Shown here one piece after another: positions 57,278 through 64,000 of a stretch of DNA of 64,000 nucleotides. The first letter of the stretch is position 1, and each line of letters opens with the position of its first letter. The notes beneath the pieces are model-generated. The model did no database searches and was not told the DNA's origin. It worked only from the letters and a program-made list of their open reading frames with translations. The position numbers and the translations under genes were made by a program. The DNA lies in the NCBI GenBank assembly GCA_900551455.1, contig URVV01000005.1, forward strand, positions 2,153-66,152, in the 5' to 3' direction. This stretch comes from an uncultured Mycoplasmatota bacterium. GTDB taxonomy: Bacteria; Bacillota_I; Bacilli_A; RF39; UBA660.

Positions 57278-57301
57278 AAAAGACAAAAAAGTCTTTTTTT
57301 T
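57278..57301 (+). terminator. Orphan rho-independent terminator about 240 nt downstream of cwlD
   Basis: AAAAGAC-AAAAAA-GTCTTTT followed by a T-run. Confidence 0.6.
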
Positions 57302-57355
57302 CTTGCCAATTTATGATATACTCAAAATAGTAGGAAACTAGACAAAGGAGGTAAT

Positions 57356-58030
57356 ATGCAAAAAACGAAGTATTTTATGTTATTTGGATTATTATTTTTC
57401 TTATGTTTAGATAGCGTTTATGCCGCTTGCAGTACCAATGAATTAAACGAATTTAAAAGGATAAAAGATGACTACAAAGTAACATATGAGTTTAACCAAA
57501 AAAACAAAACATACACCCTATATTTTAATAACCCTAATAATGATAAATTTGGTTATACCATAGAAGTTGAAGATGCTTCTTCTTTAAAATGTACTACCAG
57601 CGACAATAAGACTATTGCTAAGTGTCCAGATTTTCTATCTGGAGACTATGTAATTGATATCATTGGCAAAACAAAAACCTGTGATGACACCCTAAAAACA
57701 ATAAATCTTCACTTACCAAAATATAATACTTACTCTGAAGATCCCCTATGTGAAGGCCTTGAAGATTTCTACTTATGTGATCCTACTTATGAAAAAGATT
57801 TAGACAGAGAAACATTCGAATCAAGAATAGTCAATTACAAAAAGCAATTAACTATAAAAAAGTCAAGTAAACAAGAAGATAACAAATCAAATGAAGTAAT
57901 AAACAATATAAAAAAATTTCTTGAAGACAATTTAGCTACTATCATTGTTGTAACAATCTTTATTATTCTTTTAATAATAACAATTATTATGACCATCAAG
58001 TCATCAAGAAAGAGTAGGTGGTTAGAATGA
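57356..58030 (+). CDS. Exported Cys-containing protein with a C-terminal TM anchor; first gene of the Tad-like operon
   Basis: Signal peptide MQKTKYFMLFGLLFFLCLDSVYA. Six cysteines in the ectodomain, by hand count. C-terminal TM segment IIVVTIFIILLIITIIMTI followed by KSSRKSR. Confidence 0.75.
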   Translation: MQKTKYFMLFGLLFFLCLDSVYAACSTNELNEFKRIKDDYKVTYEFNQKNKTYTLYFNNPNNDKFGYTIEVEDASSLKCTTSDNKTIAKCPDFLSGDYVIDIIGKTKTCDDTLKTINLHLPKYNTYSEDPLCEGLEDFYLCDPTYEKDLDRETFESRIVNYKKQLTIKKSSKQEDNKSNEVINNIKKFLEDNLATIIVVTIFIILLIITIIMTIKSSRKSRWLE

Positions 58031-59682
58031 AAAAAAGAAATAAAGCATTCCTTCTCGCCTTGACTCTAACTAATACTATAATTATGCCTATACCTAGTGT
58101 ATATGCATGGAGTGGTGGTAGTTTTGCTGATACAAGTGATGGCACCAATGCCACCACTAACGAACCAATTACAGTACCGGAGCATGTTATTGGAAAAAGT
58201 GGAGACACTGAATACACCTGTAGTTATAAATATAATACTAGTGTAAAAACAAGTATCACTATTAACGGCTACAATAATGGTGAGTCAATAATGGAAAACA
58301 GTCTAAACGTTTCCGAAGAAGATCGTATTATTGCTGGTACACCGATAGGATTTAGTATAAAAGAAGAAAAAACTATTGGATATCAAGTAGTAGAGGTAAC
58401 TGCTAAAGAATATATCAAGATTGAAAAAGAAACTTGTCGATGCCTTTATAAATCTATAATTAAACCACCAATTCTATTTAATAGCATTAACTTTTTAGCG
58501 GTCAGCCCAGCAAAATGTTCTTCAAGAACCACAAATGGAAAAAATAAGTGCCCAAAAACAAATGGCCCAAAATGTATTCTCTCTAAAGAATTATGTACTT
58601 CCATAACAGAGGAAAAACCGAACACAATAACCAGTGGCGAATACTATGAAAAGTGTAAACAATCTGCTATTAATAAAGCAAAAACCGAAGCTGAAAAAAG
58701 AAAAGGTAGCTCATTTAAACTAAGTTTACCAAATAGTAATTATACTGAAGAAGAATTAAAAGGGAAACCTATTAATGCAAATACTACATCGTATACCGTA
58801 ACAGGAAGCGGATCAAACTGTAAACTTCAAGGAAATTTATGGAAAGAATCAGCAACTTGCAAATACTATTATTCACTTAAAAAAGCTTGTTTAAACAAAA
58901 AAACAGCCTTAGTTACTTATAAAGATGAATGTAATAGTGATGAAATTGAATCTGTTCCTACAAAATCAGGAACTTGGAATTATTTTACACCATTATCATC
59001 TAAAAGTGATAAAAGTGTAGAAATAAGTTTAATGCCTGCTGGTTCCCCAATAACCGTCAATGAATGTTTATATGTAATAACTCATAACAATTCAACCAAT
59101 ACTAAAGATACAAATTATACTTCATTAATAAGACCAATCGATCTCAGTCAAAAATTTAACGGAGATGCTCTAGGATGCACAACTGAGGAATGTATTAAAG
59201 CCAAAAGTGATTATAAAAAGATCGAAGGAAAAGGTTGTTATCTTACTATCAATATAAAATTACCATTAAAGCAAAAATTTTATAATGAAGAAACCGAAAA
59301 TGGCCAGATAAAATTTAAAGGATTTAACTTTTACTACCGTCAAATAGACTATAAAAATCCCTTTCCTAATGGCCTAGACGAAAATAGTTATTGGTATGAT
59401 TGGTATCAAGCCAACTATCAAAATGGCACATATACTAAAAATATCGAAAGTCCAAATATAATGAGTTCATTTAATACCAGAACTTATGAAGCCACCAACA
59501 TAAATGCCACCGAGGTAAGAAAGTACACCTCATCAAATCCATATACCAGTTGGAACGGAATGTTCTCTAGTGGGCAAAGCGGATTTATCAAACAAGGCTA
59601 CGTCAAAAGAATAACTAATCAAAATTACTACAGCCTTGGATGTGGACCTGCCAATAATACTTGGAAAGGATGTGGTAATTAA
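58027..59682 (+). CDS. Large secreted cysteine-rich protein (about 18 Cys)
   Basis: Signal-like N-terminus MKKRNKAFLLALTLTNTIIMPIPSVYA. 18 cysteines by hand count. ATG 58027 overlaps the upstream TGA (ATGA). Confidence 0.75.
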   Translation: MKKRNKAFLLALTLTNTIIMPIPSVYAWSGGSFADTSDGTNATTNEPITVPEHVIGKSGDTEYTCSYKYNTSVKTSITINGYNNGESIMENSLNVSEEDRIIAGTPIGFSIKEEKTIGYQVVEVTAKEYIKIEKETCRCLYKSIIKPPILFNSINFLAVSPAKCSSRTTNGKNKCPKTNGPKCILSKELCTSITEEKPNTITSGEYYEKCKQSAINKAKTEAEKRKGSSFKLSLPNSNYTEEELKGKPINANTTSYTVTGSGSNCKLQGNLWKESATCKYYYSLKKACLNKKTALVTYKDECNSDEIESVPTKSGTWNYFTPLSSKSDKSVEISLMPAGSPITVNECLYVITHNNSTNTKDTNYTSLIRPIDLSQKFNGDALGCTTEECIKAKSDYKKIEGKGCYLTINIKLPLKQKFYNEETENGQIKFKGFNFYYRQIDYKNPFPNGLDENSYWYDWYQANYQNGTYTKNIESPNIMSSFNTRTYEATNINATEVRKYTSSNPYTSWNGMFSSGQSGFIKQGYVKRITNQNYYSLGCGPANNTWKGCGN

Positions 59683-60113
59683 TGAAATGGTCCTTCGCAT
59701 CCGTTGGAATGATTATCATCGGACTTTTCGGATTATTAATAATCCTGTTATTCAATGAAATAACCGTTAGTAACGAACAAGATTATTACACTCTAAAAGA
59801 TGCTACCGAGTCAGCAATGGTCGAAGCTGTTGACGTTGCCTATTATCGCTTAACAGGACAAATTAAAATAAGTCAAGAAAAATTTGTTGAAAACTTTACT
59901 CGTAGATTTACTGAAACATCAACTTTTGGTCAAGGAAATTATAGCGTCGAATTTTATGAAATCAGTGAATCACCTGCTAAAGTAAGCCTAAGGATTATGG
60001 ATTTAACCAATTCATATAACATCTATAATTCATTTAACGGAGGAGTTGCTACTGAAGCAACCCAAGTCCAAATAATTAACGAAATAACCGCCATCTTGGA
60101 TGGTTATAAATAA
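59682..60113 (+). CDS. Small N-terminally anchored protein, possibly pseudopilin/TadE-like
   Basis: A single N-terminal hydrophobic helix (FASVGMIIIGLFGLLIILLF) followed by NE. Start overlaps the upstream stop (TAATG). No canonical prepilin cleavage motif. Confidence 0.5.
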   Translation: MKWSFASVGMIIIGLFGLLIILLFNEITVSNEQDYYTLKDATESAMVEAVDVAYYRLTGQIKISQEKFVENFTRRFTETSTFGQGNYSVEFYEISESPAKVSLRIMDLTNSYNIYNSFNGGVATEATQVQIINEITAILDGYK

Positions 60114-60132
60114 AAAGAGAGGAAGGAAAGAA

Positions 60133-60999
60133 ATGAAAGGTTTACAAAAATTCTTAAAAAATAAAAACACTGTAACAATTTTAGGAGTATTAGCTTGCTT
60201 AGTAATTTTATATGCTGGATATACTATGAGAATCAATAAAAAAACAGCACTAGTTGAAGTATACTATGCTAATCAAACTATTCAACCAAAAACTCTAATT
60301 ACTGCTGAAATGGTTTCTAAAACAAGTGTTCCTGCATCATTTATACTAGGAACATACTATAAAAATTATAACGACATCGTTGGAAAATATAGCAATTACA
60401 ATACTATGATAGCAAGTGGTAGTATCTTCTACACAGACTTATTAGTAAGTGAAGAAAATTTACCAGACTCAATGCTATATAACATCAATGAAGGTGAAAG
60501 ACTAGTAAGCTTTAAAGTTAACACTGAAAGTACCTATGGAAACTCAATTATGCCAGGAAATCTTGTTGATGTATATGTAAAACTAGTTAATGACAATAAT
60601 AAAGTTGTTTATGGTGAACTACTTGAAAAAGTAGAAGTATTAGCAGTTAAAGACTCATCTGGAAAAAATGTCTTTGAAACTACTGAAGAAATAAGAGTAC
60701 CATCAAACATTTACTTTGCATTGCCCGAAGCTAAATACTTATTATACTCATCATTAAATTATGTTGAAGACTACTATAGTAAATATGAAATAGAAATTGT
60801 TTTAGTACCAAATACTGTAAAATATCAAGATACTGATCCAATGGCTACCGAAGTATCAAGTGATTATTTCTATGATTTTGTTACAAGCAAAATAGCTACT
60901 ATTGATGATCAAAAAGATTTATATGATGCCTTAATCAACGAAATGGAACAATTAAAAAAAGAAAAAAAAGATAAACAAAACCAAAAAACTAACGATTAA
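60133..60999 (+). CDS. CpaB/RcpC-like pilus assembly protein (SAF-domain pattern)
   Basis: N-terminal TM segment, then VEVYYANQTIQPKTLITAEMVSKTSVPASF. Start at ATG 60133 after GAGGAAGGA. Confidence 0.55.
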   Translation: MKGLQKFLKNKNTVTILGVLACLVILYAGYTMRINKKTALVEVYYANQTIQPKTLITAEMVSKTSVPASFILGTYYKNYNDIVGKYSNYNTMIASGSIFYTDLLVSEENLPDSMLYNINEGERLVSFKVNTESTYGNSIMPGNLVDVYVKLVNDNNKVVYGELLEKVEVLAVKDSSGKNVFETTEEIRVPSNIYFALPEAKYLLYSSLNYVEDYYSKYEIEIVLVPNTVKYQDTDPMATEVSSDYFYDFVTSKIATIDDQKDLYDALINEMEQLKKEKKDKQNQKTND

Positions 61000-61033
61000 C
61001 AAATAAATAAAAAGAATAAAGGAAGGGATAAAG

Positions 61034-62425
61034 ATGGAAACACAATTTCAACAAGTCGATTTTGGACCATTACAACAATTTTTAAATAATGATGATGTTA
61101 CCGATATATCTTATAGTAATGGTGGACAAGTTTGGCTAAAGACACTTTCAAAAGGAGTCTATCGCGTAGAGAACACCGGTATTGATAATACTCTCGTAGA
61201 GAAAATAGCTTTTCAATGTGCTAATACTATGGGAAAATCATTTAATATGGCTAACCCCTTCCTAGATGCTGAAAGTGCCGAACTAAGACTTAACTTTGTT
61301 CACGACTCCATTGCACGTAACGGCATTGCTCTTCTAGTACGTAAAACCCCAGCCAAAATTAGACTTGAAAAAGATAAAATAATTGCTGACGATTATATAC
61401 GTCTAGATATTCACGATTTCCTAATGAAATGCGTCGAAGGACACTGCAACATTCTAGTAAGTGGCGAAACTGGTTCTGGAAAAACAGAATTCATTAAATA
61501 TCTTGCAGCTCATACCAAAGAAAATGAAAAAATAATAACCATCGAAGATACTCTAGAATTGCACCTAGATAAAATATTCCCTAAACGAGATATTGTTGCT
61601 ATGAAAACAAATAACATTGCAAGTTACTCAGATGTATTAGTAACCTGTATGCGACAAAATCCTCGTTGGATATTATTATCCGAGGTAAGAAGTGCTGAAG
61701 CAGTAATGGCAGTCAGAAACTCCATTTCCTCAGGACATAACATTCTTTCAACAATACACGCTGACAAAGCCTCATCAATTCCCAATAGATTATACAGTCT
61801 ACTAGAAAGTAATATTGATCTAGAACAGTTCCTAAGAAGTATTCATAGATACGTTCAATTAGGAGTACACATAAAAGGCTATTACAGTAAAGAAAGGCAA
61901 AAATTTCACCGTGAAATATCAGAAGTCGTCGAATTTTATGTTACCGAAGACAACGTTCCTAAAAGTAACATACTATTTAAAAAGACTCCAGATGGTCGTG
62001 TAACGTTGCATAATCCTACAAAATATCTCCTTGATTATTTAGAAAGCCAAGGCTTAATTATGCAACCAGATATATTGGTAAAAGAAGAATTTAAACCAAT
62101 GGAAGAAGAAAAAGACTATAAAATTGATAATTCATTAAATCAAATGACTCCAGATGTTCCCCATAAAACCAATTTAATGAATCAACCACTTCCAATTAAT
62201 ACTAAACCAATATATAGTCAAAATATAAATAATTCCTCTAGAATAGTTTCTTCCCCAATAAATCAAGAACCATCTATTCCCGGTAACTCTAACAATCAAA
62301 TGAATAACTTCCCACCAAGAGGTACCATCCAAAGACCAGTAGTTATTCAACAACCAATTAATGTTAATCAAACAAACCCCAATCAAATATACAACAATCA
62401 AATATCAAATATTAACAATCAATAA
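61034..62425 (+). CDS. CpaF/TadA/VirB11-family secretion ATPase with a Q/N/P-rich C-terminal tail
   Basis: VTDISYSNGGQVW, Walker A VSGETGSGKTE, TIEDTLEL, Walker B-like ILLSEVR, and His box GHNILSTIHA. The last ~110 aa are low complexity (N, Q, P, I). Confidence 0.85.
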   Translation: METQFQQVDFGPLQQFLNNDDVTDISYSNGGQVWLKTLSKGVYRVENTGIDNTLVEKIAFQCANTMGKSFNMANPFLDAESAELRLNFVHDSIARNGIALLVRKTPAKIRLEKDKIIADDYIRLDIHDFLMKCVEGHCNILVSGETGSGKTEFIKYLAAHTKENEKIITIEDTLELHLDKIFPKRDIVAMKTNNIASYSDVLVTCMRQNPRWILLSEVRSAEAVMAVRNSISSGHNILSTIHADKASSIPNRLYSLLESNIDLEQFLRSIHRYVQLGVHIKGYYSKERQKFHREISEVVEFYVTEDNVPKSNILFKKTPDGRVTLHNPTKYLLDYLESQGLIMQPDILVKEEFKPMEEEKDYKIDNSLNQMTPDVPHKTNLMNQPLPINTKPIYSQNINNSSRIVSSPINQEPSIPGNSNNQMNNFPPRGTIQRPVVIQQPINVNQTNPNQIYNNQISNINNQ

Positions 62426-62441
62426 GAAAGTAGGTGATTAA

Positions 62442-63335
62442 ATGGAATTTATATTAATAGGTATTATCCTTATCTTTGTTATGACATATAGAAACAGTTC
62501 AGGAGAAGGAATTTATAAATTTGTAAAAGAACAAGCCACAGTTGCCTATGATCAATATGCTCCATATTCCTATAAAGCAATGCGTGAAAAAATAAAAGAA
62601 CTAGGATTAGAATATACACCAAGACAATATACTATTCAAGTAGTTCTATTTGCTGGTATTGCCGGAGCAATTGGATACTTATATTTTTATAATTTAATTG
62701 TCGCCATCGTCTATGCCATCATTGCTGTATCCATAATTCCATATCTTGCATATTTAAGATGCAAACGACAATATAGTGAGTTTATCTTTGAACAAGTACA
62801 AGTATATACCACTAATACAATAATGGAGTTTGCTACTACCCAATCATTCGTAAAATCATTAGAAGGAGTAGTAGAATCCGGAGTTCTTGAAGATCCTGTT
62901 TTATCTGATGTCAAAACAATGATAGCCTTATCATACGAAAAAGGCGATGTAGCTGATTCAATTAATTATATGAATTCCAAATATCCATATTATATGGTAA
63001 AAAATATGCATCAACTATTCCTTCAAGTAACCAAAGAAGGTGCTAAAAACACTGAAGAAACATTTGACAATATGCTAAATGATATCGATATTCTTGTTGA
63101 AGGAGTATATCGTGACAGGAGTGATAGAAAACAATTTCATAGCCAATTCCTAATATTTGGATTAATTCTATATACTCTAATAATGCTAATCCAATTAATA
63201 CTAGGAGTTGATGAATATATCAATATGTTGGATGATACTATTATGAAAATTTTAGTCCATCTAGTAGTCATTATAAACAGTTACTTCTTACTTAAAGGAG
63301 AAAAATACTACAATGAGAATGTGGGGGCTGAATAA
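62442..63335 (+). CDS. TadB-like (T2SS-F family) membrane protein
   Basis: TM segments flank a cytoplasmic helical domain, and it sits immediately after the ATPase. Confidence 0.6.
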   Translation: MEFILIGIILIFVMTYRNSSGEGIYKFVKEQATVAYDQYAPYSYKAMREKIKELGLEYTPRQYTIQVVLFAGIAGAIGYLYFYNLIVAIVYAIIAVSIIPYLAYLRCKRQYSEFIFEQVQVYTTNTIMEFATTQSFVKSLEGVVESGVLEDPVLSDVKTMIALSYEKGDVADSINYMNSKYPYYMVKNMHQLFLQVTKEGAKNTEETFDNMLNDIDILVEGVYRDRSDRKQFHSQFLIFGLILYTLIMLIQLILGVDEYINMLDDTIMKILVHLVVIINSYFLLKGEKYYNENVGAE

Positions 63336-64000
63336 TGTATATAGAAATATTATTAGTTGGAGTAATTGTTTTCTTTCTATTAATTTATAACGGTTCAATT
63401 AGTACCAGTAAATTTTTTGGAGAAAACAAAGGTATGTTTGAAATGCTCCAAGAAAAAGATTATGAATTTTTATTAAGAGCAAAATATGGCGAAAGAGTCT
63501 ACGATGTTTCCCAAGTTTTTAGAAAAAGAGTAATGAAAGGCTTAATAGCTATGATACTAGTCCTTTTCATCTTCATAGCTAATCTAAAAATACTCTACAT
63601 CTTATTAGCCGTAATAATCGGATATATCGTTTTCAAAATTCAATATTTTGATTTAAAAAAATTTTACAAAAAACATTTAAATACCATTGACTCATTATTA
63701 CCATATTACTTAAAAAGCCTAGAAATACTAGTTCAACACTACACGGTACCTGTAGCATTAGCCAGATCAATTGATGATGCTCCAGAAGTATTTAAACCAG
63801 GATTAAGAGAATTAGTAGCTAAAATAGATGCCGGAGATTCTACCGTAGACCCATATATGGATTTTGCAAACCAATATCCAGTAAGAGATTCAATGCGTAT
63901 GATGAGATTATTATACCGTTTAAGCTTAGGAGAACAAGACAAAAAGCACGAACAAATGCTATCATTCTCTAAAACAGTCTCATCTCTTCAATTGAAAGCC
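63335..64000 (+). CDS. TadC-like (T2SS-F family) membrane protein; 3' end lies outside the window
   Basis: ATG 63335 overlaps the upstream TAA (TAATG). The frame is open to the window end. MYIEILLVGVIVFFLL...LPYYLKSLEILVQHYTVPVALARSI...MDFANQYPVRDSMRMM. It is absent from the ORF track because no stop is reached. Confidence 0.6.
   Translation, partial: MYIEILLVGVIVFFLLIYNGSISTSKFFGENKGMFEMLQEKDYEFLLRAKYGERVYDVSQVFRKRVMKGLIAMILVLFIFIANLKILYILLAVIIGYIVFKIQYFDLKKFYKKHLNTIDSLLPYYLKSLEILVQHYTVPVALARSIDDAPEVFKPGLRELVAKIDAGDSTVDPYMDFANQYPVRDSMRMMRLLYRLSLGEQDKKHEQMLSFSKTVSSLQLKA

Noticed and set aside
57356-58030. Alternative genetic code (TGA = Trp, Mollicutes-like), considered because of the very low G+C content.
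   Set aside because: TGA clearly terminates this ORF at 58028-58030, with the next gene starting at the overlapping ATG. Conserved proteins (ValS, PcrA, Tex, Dxs) read through without needing TGA as a sense codon.

Overview
This is a low-GC chromosomal window, about 28-30% G+C by eye, using the standard genetic code (TGA is a stop, e.g. 58028-58030). It comes from an endospore-forming Bacillota, judged from spoIID, a spoIIQ-like gene, spoIIID, spoIIR, a cwlD-like gene, a YetF-like DUF421 gene and a BclA-like collagen protein. I cannot place it more precisely without database searches. All product calls below come from reading the translations for motifs by eye. No BLAST or HMM search was run.

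Most of the window is housekeeping:
- Cell wall: murA, murF, VanY, and M23 peptidases.
- Translation: rpmE, prfA, prmC, and valS behind a T-box.
- Other core genes: pcrA, tex, dxs, a Y-family polymerase, sodA, and a P-type ATPase.
- Transport: two ABC exporter sets behind a TetR regulator.
- tRNAs: Thr-GGU, Gly-UCC and His-GUG.

No CRISPR array, transposase, integrase or rRNA gene was seen.

Three regions deserve attention.

1. A ~5 kb accessory island at ~4.06-9.1 kb, and up to ~9.4 kb if the small ORF 9102-9341 belongs to it, sits between rpmE and rpiB.
   - It carries orphan genes, including a DUF4236-TM-FtsK-gamma fusion, a double zinc-ribbon membrane protein, and a protein whose SEC-C tail is cut off by two in-frame TAA codons.
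   - Its non-coding architecture is modular and repeated. There are two diverged copies of a SEC-C tail plus terminator module, five tandem dimers of TTAGATA[A/C]GTT (one inverted), and a shared promoter/RBS module.
   - It also holds a G+C-rich array with a strict 10-bp period.
   - This is my best candidate for something undescribed, either a cassette-exchange locus or a defence-type island. No recombinase is visible in the window.
2. A Tad/type-IV-like secretion operon at 57.4 kb runs to the window end. It encodes a CpaB-like protein, a CpaF/TadA-like ATPase with a long Q/N/P-rich tail, and TadB/C-like proteins. Two cysteine-rich exported proteins precede them. No Flp pilin or prepilin peptidase is visible.
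3. A T-box (probably Val, GUA) drives an HD-domain gene that overlaps valS by 14 nt. A paralogous HD gene lies just upstream.

Smaller oddities are an intact M23/SH3 lysin-like ORF with no canonical start codon, a MerR C-terminal remnant next to tRNA-Gly, and several operator-like repeats.
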